A stretch of 63,831 nt of DNA, filler included, from an uncultured bacterium (GTDB lineage Bacteria > B130-G9), in the NCBI GenBank assembly GCA_965372715.1. It is 3 parts of 3 records of this genome, joined end to end, with 100 filler letters (N's around TTAATTAATTAA, not from the genome) between each part and the next. Parts side by side here need not be neighbours in the genome. Positions count along the whole stretch, not along the records: positions 1 to 23,878 come from CBDVDH010000056.1; 2 more parts are not named here. The stretch is one strand, 5' to 3'. Below, piece by piece: positions 1 through 9,835 of this stretch. Numbering within the stretch: position 1 is the stretch's first letter; every line of letters begins with the position of its first letter. The notes beneath the pieces were generated by a model that searched no databases, was not told where the DNA came from, and worked only from the letters and a program-made list of their open reading frames with translations. The translations under genes were made by a program, and so were the position numbers.

Positions 1-43
1 AGGCTGACGCCTGCGGCTACCCATGGCCTTCCCTGACGGGAAA

Positions 44-1366
44 TTAGAGCAGGCCGAGGCGCCGCATCTTGCGCCAAAGCGTCGTCTTGTGGATGCCAAG
101 CTCACTCGCAGTTGCCAACCGGTTGCCGCCGTTGCGCTGAAGCGCCTCAGCTATAAGCTTGCTCTCAACGTCGCGCAGTGTGCCAGGATAGGACGGTGTG
201 CCCAACGGGGATTGAGGTTGAAGATAAGCTGGCAAATGCTGCGGCTGAATGATCTTGCCTCCGCAGAGGACGAAGCAGTGTTCGATTATGTTCTCTAGCT
301 CGCGGATGTTGCCTGGAAAGTCGAACTTCATCAGGATGGACAGGGCGTCCGGGGAGATGCCAGCAATCTTTTTGCCCTTCAGACGGTTGAAACGTGTGAT
401 GAAATAGTCAATGAGGAACGGGATGTCCTTCCGGCGATCCCTAAGCGGGGGGAGGCGCAGGTTGACGACGTTGACGCGGTAGTAAAGGTCCTGCCTGAAC
501 TTGCCGCTCTCGACGAGTGTCCGCAGGTCGCGGTTTGTGGCGGCGATTATGCGGACGTCGGCCTTAACAGTCTGCGATGAGCCGAGCGGTTCGTAGGTTC
601 TGTCTTGCAGGACCCGCAGCAATCGCACCTGCATGGCGGGGGAGACGTCGCCGATTTCATCCAGGAAGAGAGTGCCGCCATCGGCCATCGCGAATCGCCC
701 TTTGCGGTCAGAACTCGCGTCGGTGAAGGCGCCCTTCTTGTGCCCGAAAAGTTCCGATTCCAAGAGCGCGTCCGGCAGCGCGCCGCAGTTGACGACCACA
801 AGCGGCTTGTCGCGGCGAGGGCTGAGCTCGTGTATCGCCCTTGCGAATAGCTCCTTGCCTGTGCCGCTTTCACCCTCTATGAGAACCGTGCTGTCACTTT
901 CCGCAATCGCTGGAATGATGTCAAAGAGCTCGAGCATGCGCTTGTTTTGGCTGATGATGTCGGCGAACGTGTAGCGCTGCTCGACCTTCTTCTTTAGCTC
1001 CTCAACGAGGCTGAGGTCGCGGAACGTCTCGACGCCGCCAATCACTTCGCCGCGCTCGCCCCTGAGAAGGGCCGTTGACACGCTGATTGGAACGCTCTCG
1101 CCGCTGGAGTTGATTATGCAAATTGGCCTGCACACAACCGGTTGCCCGGTCTTCATGGTCTCTCTCAACGCGCACGCGGATTCGCATGCCGTGGTCTGAA
1201 GGACCTCCCAGCAGGGCCTACCGATTGCATCGTCCCGAGGGATGCCCGCTATGCGCTCCGCCGCCCTGTTGAAAAGCATAATTCGGAAATCGAGATCGAC
1301 GGTGAATACGCCATCGGTGATCGAGTCGAGGATAACCTCGACGTGCTCTTTCTGTCCTTCACTCAT
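44..1366 (-). CDS. PAS-domain sigma-54-dependent transcriptional activator (AAA+, Fis-type HTH), OrpR-like
   Basis: N-terminal PAS (DGVFTVD..FNRAAE), Walker [22 protein letters not shown] loop, [19 protein letters not shown]-terminal HTH ([14 protein letters not shown]). Confidence 0.93.
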   Translation of the reverse strand: MSEGQKEHVEVILDSITDGVFTVDLDFRIMLFNRAAERIAGIPRDDAIGRPCWEVLQTTACESACALRETMKTGQPVVCRPICIINSSGESVPISVSTALLRGERGEVIGGVETFRDLSLVEELKKKVEQRYTFADIISQNKRMLELFDIIPAIAESDSTVLIEGESGTGKELFARAIHELSPRRDKPLVVVNCGALPDALLESELFGHKKGAFTDASSDRKGRFAMADGGTLFLDEIGDVSPAMQVRLLRVLQDRTYEPLGSSQTVKADVRIIAATNRDLRTLVESGKFRQDLYYRVNVVNLRLPPLRDRRKDIPFLIDYFITRFNRLKGKKIAGISPDALSILMKFDFPGNIRELENIIEHCFVLCGGKIIQPQHLPAYLQPQSPLGTPSYPGTLRDVESKLIAEALQRNGGNRLATASELGIHKTTLWRKMRRLGLL

Positions 1367-1515
1367 CCGTTCTGCCCCTCAGGTGCAAATCGCAGCATCC
1401 CTGAATGTGTGTAGCCCTTTGAGGACCATCACCCGGATTCGCTCAATGGGCCTCACATCTCGTAATCACAATGCTACTGTTGGCAGATAACTGCAAGGGT
1501 TTGCCGGGCGATTCC

Positions 1516-1530
1516 GTTGCAGTATGCAAC
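1516..1530. promoter_or_regulatory. Palindrome GTTGCA-N3-TGCAAC, candidate activator or operator site
   Basis: Perfect 6-bp inverted arms in the intergenic region upstream of the sigma-54 activator. Confidence 0.4.
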
Positions 1531-1542
1531 CCCGGTCAAGAG

Positions 1543-2193
1543 CTAGAGCGTCTCCGGCGAGACAGTCAGCATTGGGAAGAGCTCCGCCAGACCCTCGGTG
1601 ATGAACTCTACCGCCACTGCGGCGAGCATGAGGCCCATTATTCTCGTGAAGATGTTGATGCCGGTTCTGCCGAGGCGGGTGGCTATCGGACCGCCGACCT
1701 TGAACAGGATGTAGATTGTTCCGCCCAACAGCAGTATTGCCCCGATCATGACCGGAATATGAACGAACCCCGATGACTGCTGAGCGTGCAGAATCACGGT
1801 GCTGATTGCCCCTGGTCCGGCCATGAGTGGGACGGCCAATGGGACGACGGCTATGTCCTCCCTCTCTGCGCTCTCGGTTGCCTCGTGAGGCGTGTATTTG
1901 GCTCGCGGCTGGCGGGCGCGCACCATTGCAATGGCTATAAGAAGGATCAGGATGCCGCCGGCTATCCTAAAGGCCGGCATCCCCACTCCAAAGAAGCCCA
2001 GAATGTGCTGGCCGAAGAACGCGGCAACGATAAGGATAACGCAGACAGCCGTGGCTGTCCTTCTCGGGATGCGCCGAACCTCAGCGTCCTCGCGTCCTTG
2101 TGTCAGTGACACAAAAATCGGCACGGCGCCGATCGGGTTGAGAATCGCAAACAACGCAGCAAAAAGCTTCACGAAATACAACGTTAGGCTCAT
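1543..2193 (-). CDS. MarC family integral membrane protein
   Basis: NPIGAVPIF, AFRIAGGILI, AVVPLAVPLMAGPGAI, FTRIMGLML motifs; about 6 TM segments. Confidence 0.92.
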   Translation of the reverse strand: MSLTLYFVKLFAALFAILNPIGAVPIFVSLTQGREDAEVRRIPRRTATAVCVILIVAAFFGQHILGFFGVGMPAFRIAGGILILLIAIAMVRARQPRAKYTPHEATESAEREDIAVVPLAVPLMAGPGAISTVILHAQQSSGFVHIPVMIGAILLLGGTIYILFKVGGPIATRLGRTGINIFTRIMGLMLAAVAVEFITEGLAELFPMLTVSPETL

Positions 2194-2433
2194 CTGATTC
2201 AGCCTCCTGAACTTCTTTGTTAGCCAAAGTCAAGCAACAGCTTACAGCTGCCAATTGACCGTCAACCCATAGGAAACATCCAACGTAGCTGAAGGTTCCG
2301 AGTCGATTATCCGCGGACTTTCGACATTCGACCTTCGGCTGTGGCCTCCCTCGTTCCTCATTGACATGCCGCAACGAGCAGACCACGATCCTTTTTTCGC
2401 AAGCTTTCCTGTTCTTTTTAACAACGCTGGGCT

Positions 2434-3327
2434 GTGGACATGGGCGCCTACCAGGGCGAGATATACGCTATCCTTTCCGGATTGTTCTGGGCGATCGCGG
2501 TCTGCTTCTTCAAGCGCGGCGGCCAGAATATGCCGGCAATCTCGCTTAACCTCTTCAAGAACATCATCGGCGTCGGTCTCTTCGCGATAACGCTGCCGGT
2601 CGTGGGCCAATCATTGTTAATTGACGTGCCAATTTCCGACTATCTTCTGCTTGTCGCCAGCGGAGTGGTCGGCATGACGCTCGGCGACACGGTCTTCTTC
2701 GCCGCGCTGAAAAGGATGGGTGCGTCGCTCTGGGCGATTGTCGGCGCCTTATACGCCCCAAGCGTCATCTTCATGGCCTACATAACACTCGGTGAAAGGC
2801 TGAGCGGCATGGATTTCGCTGGCATCGCGATGATAGTTTTCGCCATCGTTCTTGCCTCGACCAAAAAATCAGAACTCGCTGCCTTTGACAAGGAGCGATT
2901 GATGGGTGTGGGTCTGGGCGTCCTGAGTCTTTTCTTGATGGCCGCCGGCATCGTGATGATGAAGCCAGTCCTCGATAGGACTCCCGTTTGGTGGGCGATC
3001 CAGGTGAGGCTAATTGGTGCAACGATAAGCCTCGTCATACTGGTTGTGTTGAGTCCCAAGAGGCGCCGGCTGTTAGCAGGCTTGCTGCCAGACAGCAACT
3101 GGAAGTACATAGTGCCCGGCTCTCTCATCGGGCCCTATCTCGCCCTGGGCTTCTGGATTGCGGGCTTCAAATACACGCTGGCGGGCAAGGCGGCGATACT
3201 CAACCAGCTGAACACGGTCTTCATATTCGTTTTCGCCTGGCTATTCCTCAAGGAGCCACTCACCTGGCGAAAGGGCGTGGGGCTGGCCCTTGCGATGCTT
3301 GGAGCAGTATTGGTGGTTCTTCGCTAG
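2434..3327 (+). CDS. DMT/EamA family transporter
   Basis: About 10 TM segments in two repeats ending LGERLS and FLKEPLT. Confidence 0.88.
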   Translation: MDMGAYQGEIYAILSGLFWAIAVCFFKRGGQNMPAISLNLFKNIIGVGLFAITLPVVGQSLLIDVPISDYLLLVASGVVGMTLGDTVFFAALKRMGASLWAIVGALYAPSVIFMAYITLGERLSGMDFAGIAMIVFAIVLASTKKSELAAFDKERLMGVGLGVLSLFLMAAGIVMMKPVLDRTPVWWAIQVRLIGATISLVILVVLSPKRRRLLAGLLPDSNWKYIVPGSLIGPYLALGFWIAGFKYTLAGKAAILNQLNTVFIFVFAWLFLKEPLTWRKGVGLALAMLGAVLVVLR

Positions 3328-3559
3328 CGAGAAGTCCTGCTCGGAACCAGCCCGCCTCTTGGCTCGTTCAGACACACGGGCAACCCGTTCAAAATCACTC
3401 TACCCGTATTATTCGTAAACTGCGGATGCGATGAGATGTGGGGCGGGCTTTCCAGCCTGCCTTTTGTAGTGATTGCTGCATCCCTTATTCTGGTCTATAA
3501 GATGAAGAGACTGTATTGTGCTAGTTACCGCATTCGGGACTGCAAAAAAACGGCCAATT

Positions 3560-3573
3560 GTCCCATATGGGAC
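3560..3573. promoter_or_regulatory. Perfect 14-bp palindrome GTCCCATATGGGAC
   Basis: Seen directly in an AT-richer intergenic region. Confidence 0.35.
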
Positions 3574-3644
3574 GTTTTTGCTGGAGGAATGGAGCAACGA
3601 ATTGGCACGAAACGCAGAGCAGCCTCTGGCGCGGCTCTTCTGGC

Positions 3645-3817
3645 CTTCGTGCGCCTTCGTGGTCTTCGTGGACCAAACTCACATTAGATCAGGGATCCAC
3701 GAAGGACACTAAGAAACACGAAGGGCAAGGTCAACTTGGAACTTGAAACTCGGAACGTGGAACCTTGAACTTGGAACTATACTCCGGCTTTGGACTTTAG
3801 ACCTTGGACTTTGGACT
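3645..3817. repeat. Short tandem-repeat patch: CTTCGTG/CACGAAG units with about 9-nt period in inverted arrangement, then AACTTGG and GACTTTG heptamer runs
   Basis: aacttgg aacttga aactcgg aacgtgg aaccttg aacttgg starting at 3733; gacttta gaccttg gactttg ending near 3817. Confidence 0.75.
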
Positions 3818-3994
3818 ACAGGTCACAGTTGGTCTAGGTGATGCAGGACCAGGGTAAGCGCGACGATGGGGGCGGTCTCGGTGCGGAGGGTTGACATCCA
3901 TCTGGCTTGGCAGCGATACTTCAGCCCGGGTAATGCACCATAATCGGCATGCCATTCTGAGTACATCAATGGCGGAAAGCGAGGTCTTAAGGCG

Positions 3995-5488
3995 GTGAAG
4001 CGGACAGTCATTATCTCACCATTTTCTGACCTCTCGTCGATCGGGCCGAGGGTTCTTTCCGGCTGTTTGAGGCAGGCCGGTTTCCCGACGAGAAAGCTAT
4101 TCCTGTACGTCTCGCAGGAAAAGGGTGGTATTTCGCCGGGCCTGTTTCTGTATCCGGAGAGTGTTCTTGAGAAGGTGGGAGAGCTCTGTTCGGACTCGTT
4201 GTTCGTGGGCGTGTCGTTGATGACGCACTACTTCGACAGAGTGGTCCAGCTCAGCCAGTTTCTTAGGACGCAAGTCGGCGTTCCGGTGGTGCTTGGAGGT
4301 ATCCACGCGACTTTGATGCCCAAGGAATGCGCGGAGTTTGCCGATTACGTCTGCATCGGAGAGGGCGAGGGCGCCATCGTCGATGTCGCGCGGGCGTTCC
4401 TCGAGGGAAAGGAGCCGACGCAAGTCGCCAATATCGCATATATCAGGGACGGTGAATTCATTCAGAATCCGCTCAGAGCGTTGGTTCAAAACTTGGATGA
4501 CATCCCTTTCCCTGACTATTCACTGGACGATGACTACGTTCTGATGGATGGTGACCTTCATAGGATGGACAAGAAGGATGTTAAGCGGTTGATATCCAGC
4601 GCCGCGCCCGGCGAAAAGTCGGCGCAGGAGAGGCCATACTATATGACGATGATGACGCGAGGCTGTCGATACGCCTGCACGTATTGCTGCAACCACAGGC
4701 TGTTTCGGCTCTATGGCGGACGGGGCTTTATCAGGAGGCGGTCAGTCGAGAACCTCATCGAGGAACTGTCGTGGGTTCGCAAGAACCTACCATTCGTCGA
4801 GTTCGTAGTTCTCACGGACGATTCATTTTTCGACTGCGACGAATCTCAGATTCATGAGTTTTGTCAGGTCTATAAGGAGAGAATAGGGCTGCCGTTCTTC
4901 TCACTTGGGACACCTTTTGGGGTAAGCAATGAGAAGCTGAGGATGATGGTTGACGCCGGCATGATTTACGTCCAGGTCGGCATTCAAACCGGCAGTGAGC
5001 GAATCCGAAAGATGTATAAGAGGCCCTTCTCGAACGAGGAGATCATTTCAATTGCGGACATGCTGGCCAAGTATGTCCCGAGGATGCTGCCACCGCGGTA
5101 CGATATCATCATAGACAATCCCATGGAAGAGGATAGGGACGTGATCGACAGCATCCGCCTTCTGCTGAAGCTCAAGAAGCCTTACTTCATACAATACTTC
5201 CCTCTTTCTTTGTATCCGGGAACCGACCTTGCTGACAGGGCAGCGGAGTCCGGCATCATTACTAACTGGAAGGAACAGGTCTATCGGCAACAGGTCTTCC
5301 AAAAGAAACGGACCTACCTCAACTTCGTCCTCAACCTATTCAACTCGCCAGTGCCCAAGTTCATCCTGCGTCTCCTGATAACGAGGCCCGCGCTGTTCCT
5401 GCTGAACCGGCCGCATTTCGGGAGGCTGCTCAGATTGGTTTTACGGTCCACTAGCCTCGTCTGGGTCTGCCTGACTGCTGGGAGGTAG
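3995..5488 (+). CDS. B12-binding radical SAM protein
   Basis: N-terminal cobalamin domain (GVSLMT, GGIHAT, GEGE); TRGCRYACTYC CxxxCxxC motif; GIQTGS. Confidence 0.92.
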   Translation: MKRTVIISPFSDLSSIGPRVLSGCLRQAGFPTRKLFLYVSQEKGGISPGLFLYPESVLEKVGELCSDSLFVGVSLMTHYFDRVVQLSQFLRTQVGVPVVLGGIHATLMPKECAEFADYVCIGEGEGAIVDVARAFLEGKEPTQVANIAYIRDGEFIQNPLRALVQNLDDIPFPDYSLDDDYVLMDGDLHRMDKKDVKRLISSAAPGEKSAQERPYYMTMMTRGCRYACTYCCNHRLFRLYGGRGFIRRRSVENLIEELSWVRKNLPFVEFVVLTDDSFFDCDESQIHEFCQVYKERIGLPFFSLGTPFGVSNEKLRMMVDAGMIYVQVGIQTGSERIRKMYKRPFSNEEIISIADMLAKYVPRMLPPRYDIIIDNPMEEDRDVIDSIRLLLKLKKPYFIQYFPLSLYPGTDLADRAAESGIITNWKEQVYRQQVFQKKRTYLNFVLNLFNSPVPKFILRLLITRPALFLLNRPHFGRLLRLVLRSTSLVWVCLTAGR

Positions 5489-5567
5489 TGTATTGTGTCT
5501 CAATTGCCCTTGCACCTTCATTGTCTGAGGCCCCGGAGCAAACAGTAGGGCTTGACTGTCTGTCAGC

Positions 5568-7064
5568 TCAGCCTGTTCGAGCCGTGATTTTGTCCTTGGC
5601 AAGGCTCAACTTCTCATTGAGGATGTAGAGTGACTTGTAGATCGGCCCGAGCCAGGAACATGACAACAGTTTCACGACCCATTTTGCCGTTAGAAGCCGC
5701 ATCAAACTGGTTGGGGCGCCTCGATTAACGAGCGCGATCAGCAGAGTTGCATACCTCCCCTCGCGTTCCATGTAGAACTTGCCGTATATCTGCTTCGCCT
5801 CGTCCTTGATCAGTCCATCCTGAGATGCCCGTTCATGGAGCTCAGTGCCGGGGAACAAGGTCAGCGAAAACACCTGAATTGTGAACGGCTTCTTGAGATG
5901 CATGAGGAGCTTGACCGTGTCAATCCTGTCCGCCGTGGTCTCGTATGGATTGTCCACAATCACGTCGTAAATCGGATGCAACCGTCCAGCATGGCTGTTG
6001 ATTAGCGCCGCCGCCTCAAGAACATCTGCGTTTCTGATGCTGCGGTTGTATATGGTGTTGATGCGGTCACTTCCGGTCTGTATGCCCACCTGGAGGCCCG
6101 TCAAGCCTGCGTCAACTAGTAGCTTAAGCTTCTGAGGCGTTATGTTCTTAGGAGTACTGAGGCAGAAAAGAGGCAGGTCTATTCTCTTCTTGTATTGCTC
6201 AGCGAAATCCCGAATCTCTTCGCTGGTCCCCGCCAGAAATGAATCGTCAAAAAAGCCGATCTGATTGATGAACCCGTACAGCATCTTGGCCGCTTCAAGT
6301 TCCGCGATGATGTGGGCCACGCTCCGCCGTCTCACGTATCCCTTCCGTCCATAGAGCTTGATCAGCGCACTGTTCCCGCAATAGGCGCAGTTGAAGGGGC
6401 AGCCTCGTGTCGTGATGGTGCCGTAGTTGAGGTCGCCCTTCGCGTAGAGCGCCCCCTTGCCATGCAGCCGCCTCAACATCTTCAGGTCGGGGACCGCGAA
6501 TCTCGAGTGTTCTGGGTTATAAACGTAGTACTCCGAGTTGTCAAAGTCCGGGGGAGGGATGCTGTCGAGGTCCTGGATCAGCGGCCTGACTGGGTTTTGT
6601 CGCATTCCATCTTGCGTCTTAAGGCAGAGATTCTCAACGTCTTCATAGGGCTCACGATTCGCGATGCGCTGCGCGAGCTCCAGCATCGCGCCTTCTCCCT
6701 CTCCAAGAACGACGATATCCGCGTGCTGGAGGCACTCCTTCGGGCGTATCGTTGGGTGAATGCCTCCCCAGACAATAGGGATGTCGATCTTCTCCTTGAG
6801 ATGCGAGGTCAGCTGCGCCGCGCGGTCAAAGAGGTTCGTCATCAGCGAAATGCCGACGAGATCGACGTTGCTGCAAAGCTCCACTACTCCCTTAAGCACA
6901 TGATCGCTGTATAGCTCCATGAACTCCTCAACGACACGTCTTGCATAGAGATTCGGGAGGAATATCAGCCGAGTATCGATACCGTTCGCCCGCAAATGAG
7001 CCGAGATACTCCTGACCCCCGGAGAGAAAACATCCGAATATGGCGATATCAGTGCAACTTTCAA
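5568..7064 (-). CDS. B12-binding radical SAM protein (paralog of 3995..5488)
   Basis: GISLMT, WGGIHPT, GEGE, TRGCPFNCAYC, GIQTGS. Confidence 0.92.
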   Translation of the reverse strand: MKVALISPYSDVFSPGVRSISAHLRANGIDTRLIFLPNLYARRVVEEFMELYSDHVLKGVVELCSNVDLVGISLMTNLFDRAAQLTSHLKEKIDIPIVWGGIHPTIRPKECLQHADIVVLGEGEGAMLELAQRIANREPYEDVENLCLKTQDGMRQNPVRPLIQDLDSIPPPDFDNSEYYVYNPEHSRFAVPDLKMLRRLHGKGALYAKGDLNYGTITTRGCPFNCAYCGNSALIKLYGRKGYVRRRSVAHIIAELEAAKMLYGFINQIGFFDDSFLAGTSEEIRDFAEQYKKRIDLPLFCLSTPKNITPQKLKLLVDAGLTGLQVGIQTGSDRINTIYNRSIRNADVLEAAALINSHAGRLHPIYDVIVDNPYETTADRIDTVKLLMHLKKPFTIQVFSLTLFPGTELHERASQDGLIKDEAKQIYGKFYMEREGRYATLLIALVNRGAPTSLMRLLTAKWVVKLLSCSWLGPIYKSLYILNEKLSLAKDKITARTG

Positions 7065-7235
7065 AGCACAACCTCAGGGATTCTCATGGCTCAGACCATA
7101 ACACCTATCGCTGTCACTTCTCAAGCAGCGATAGCGGCATACTCAACGAACAGCCTATCCCATAAGTGGGCCAGACCTGCTTCGTAGTGACGGCGCTTGC
7201 CCTGCTCTTCTGATCCGAGGACAGGGCGGGGCAAG

Positions 7236-7401
7236 GAGGCTAGGTCATAATTCGAATCTGGGGTTGTGTAGTGGCGGGGCTTGTCTCCGCCCATCTATAT
7301 ATCGGGCAGACATTCGCCGCGCGGCGAACCCCTACATGTAGTATGTCGTAGTCCACCATCCCATCACGTCTCCGTCGAAAAACCTATTATGACCCAGCCT
7401 C
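7236..7401. mobile_element. MITE-like element with 15-bp terminal inverted repeats and 4-bp target duplication, inserted in a REP
   Basis: GAGGCTAGGTCATAA (7236-7250) and TTATGACCCAGCCTC (7387-7401); CAAG at both 7232-7235 and 7402-7405. Confidence 0.75.
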
Positions 7402-7669
7402 CAAGCACCGTCACTACATGGCCACATCGCGACGCACGGAACAGCATGATCGTCTCGGCGCCGAAAAATGTTTGCCCAGGCACAGGTTACCGGATCGGGG
7501 CCTGCGTGATTGTGATGGTGATAGGCGTGCGGTGCCCTGTCTTGCACTTGGCTCCCATGGACACGCTTGAAAGAGCTAGGCAATAACGCTACCTTCCTAG
7601 TGTTCGAAGCAGATGCTGAACGTTTTTCATGAGTTCACTCACAGAACAGCGGGGCCACAAAACCAGGAT

Positions 7670-9172
7670 ATGACGGAAAAGACGCAGTCGAACAGACTTC
7701 TGGTTTTCATGCTGGTCGGCATCGCGGTCGGCATCCTGCTGGGAGGGTTCTTGCCCGCTGCGGGCGAGGCGGTGGCGTTCGTCGGCGATCTTTTCATCAA
7801 GGCGCTTCTGATGTTAGTCGTGCCGCTGATCATGGCCTCAATGATCGTGGGCATCAACCGTATCGGGGACATCAAGCGCCTACCAGGCGTTGGCGGCAAG
7901 ACGCTCGCGTATTACATGCTGACGACGGCACTTTCGGTCATAACCGGGATTGTCTTGGTAATCATCATCAGTCCCGGCGGTGCGGACACCGAGAGGGAGC
8001 GGATAGAGCTTCGCGGCGGCCAGCTGATGGAGCGGCAGGGCTACATCATCTCAGACAGGTCGCTCACGCTGGTGGATTCCAGCTTCGTGCGCTCCTACGA
8101 CGACCGCTATATGGTCGTGTTGCTCGACCAAGGCGACATCCGGGGGATCGTCGCGAGGGTCCACGGCCCGAACAACTCCGTCGTAACGGTCAAGGGCTGG
8201 ACCAACCCCAACGATGAGCCCGCAACGCCGAGGCTGCTGGGCATCGGGCTCAGGGTCGATCTTGCCGTAACGGAGAGTGTCAAGGCCAAGAAGTCGTCCA
8301 TGGGCGAGGTGCTCCGCGACGTCGTAGGCAGCCTCGTCCCGCGCAACCTGTTCAAGGCGATGGCCAACAACGATGTCTTGCCTCTCATCGTCTTCTCGTT
8401 GGTCTTCGGAGCGGTCTTGATGACGCTGGGCGAACGTGGTCGTCCCGTCGTCAGGCTCTTTGAAGGTCTTAACGAGGCGATAATGAAGATCATTCTTCTG
8501 TTGATGCTGGCGGCCCCGGTTGGCGTCGGTGCGCTCATCGCCGGGCGCCTCGCCCGCGCCGGGGGTTTTGCGGGTTTCGGCCCCGAACTTCTCAGGTTGG
8601 GCAAGTATTCGCTCACTGTTATCGTCGGACTGTTGATTCACGCCTTCATAACGCTGCCGCTGATTCTGCGTTTCTTTGGGAAACGGCGCGTGGGGACTTA
8701 CGCCAAGAACATCGCGCCGGCCCTCACGACGGCCTTCTCGACAGCTTCCAGTGCCGCAACACTGCCGCTGACGATACAGTGCACGAACGAGCGGAACCGC
8801 GTGCCGCTGCACATCACCAACTTCGTCCTCCCGATTGGGGCCACCATCAACATGGACGGGACGGCACTGTACGAGGCGGTTGCGGCCATCTTCATCGCGC
8901 AGGTCTATGGCATCGAGCTCGGGCTCGGCCACCTGATCATCATCTTTCTGACCGCGACGCTGGCCGCTGTCGGGGCGGCCGCCATCCCGCAGGCGGGCCT
9001 GGTTACGATGATTGTCGTCCTGCGAGCGGTCAACCTGCCCATCGAGGGCATCTCGCTGATACTCGTCATCGACTGGTTTCTCGACCGCTGCCGCACGACG
9101 GTGAACGTCTGGGGCGACGTCGTCGGCGCCGCCGTCATCGAGCGATATGAAGCTGGTAGCGAAAAGCGGTGA
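7670..9172 (+). CDS. Dicarboxylate/amino acid:cation symporter (DAACS/GltP family)
   Basis: AFSTASSAATLP, GATINMDGTALY, AAIPQAG, DWFLDRCRTTVNVWGD; start taken at ATG 7670 after AGGA. Confidence 0.93.
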   Translation: MTEKTQSNRLLVFMLVGIAVGILLGGFLPAAGEAVAFVGDLFIKALLMLVVPLIMASMIVGINRIGDIKRLPGVGGKTLAYYMLTTALSVITGIVLVIIISPGGADTERERIELRGGQLMERQGYIISDRSLTLVDSSFVRSYDDRYMVVLLDQGDIRGIVARVHGPNNSVVTVKGWTNPNDEPATPRLLGIGLRVDLAVTESVKAKKSSMGEVLRDVVGSLVPRNLFKAMANNDVLPLIVFSLVFGAVLMTLGERGRPVVRLFEGLNEAIMKIILLLMLAAPVGVGALIAGRLARAGGFAGFGPELLRLGKYSLTVIVGLLIHAFITLPLILRFFGKRRVGTYAKNIAPALTTAFSTASSAATLPLTIQCTNERNRVPLHITNFVLPIGATINMDGTALYEAVAAIFIAQVYGIELGLGHLIIIFLTATLAAVGAAAIPQAGLVTMIVVLRAVNLPIEGISLILVIDWFLDRCRTTVNVWGDVVGAAVIERYEAGSEKR

Positions 9173-9471
9173 GCGTATTGTCTCACGGGATAAGTGATAT
9201 GCCTGGTGTTCCTATTTTTCTGGGTCGATACCCGCTTGCGGGCCTTCTTCTCGTGGCCCTCATCTACCTTTGGTTCAAGTGGCCCGGCTGGGGTGCAATG
9301 AATTTGGGCGAGAGCTTTTCTGAGCTCTTCAAGATGCTCTCACAGGCGCCTGAACCAGCCAATCCTTGAGCAGTCCACGAACGGGCACGAATAGTCGCCG
9401 GGACTGGCTTCTATCTCTCTTCGTGGCTCGCACCCGGAGAATCAGATTGGGCCAATCGCGCAGTGCCCCTA

Positions 9472-9622
9472 TGGAGTGCGGCGGCTTGACACCACCATCT
9501 CATAGATTCCCTTCTTGACCTTTCAGACAGTGATCTGGAGGCCTGGACGCCAATCGACGTAGGGTCGATGCCGCGTCAAGCCGCGGCCAGCCAAAGCGGC
9601 GTCAAGCCGCCGCACTCCGAAA
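9472..9622. repeat. About 150-bp dispersed element with TGGAGTGCGG...CCGCACTCC palindromic ends (REP doublet/MITE), copy 1
   Basis: Interior is the reverse complement of the interior of 60856-61036; a partial third copy starts at 47584. Confidence 0.8.
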
Positions 9623-9835
9623 TCACCCAATGGGTGCAACTCACACACCGACTCCTGTCGAGCTCATAACCTCTGGCCAGCGGGAAAACGTGTTCATCCC
9701 TCCATGTCCTTTGCCGTCAATCTGATTTTTCGGGCTGCAGTGAACTGCTTGACAACATATATGCTCCGCGCTACCTTGATCCATCGGTCTTGGGCGGCCC
9801 GGTGGGGCCATCAGACCTGGCAACCTAGGAGGCAA

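Noticed and set aside
3602-3618. Sigma-54 promoter TTGGCACG
   Set aside because: No GC at the required GG-N10-GC spacing; the TGGCAG site near 1481 also fails.
3645-3817. Possible CRISPR array
   Set aside because: Units are 7-9 nt and tandem with no unique spacers; no cas genes or repeat-spacer arrays were seen anywhere in the window.
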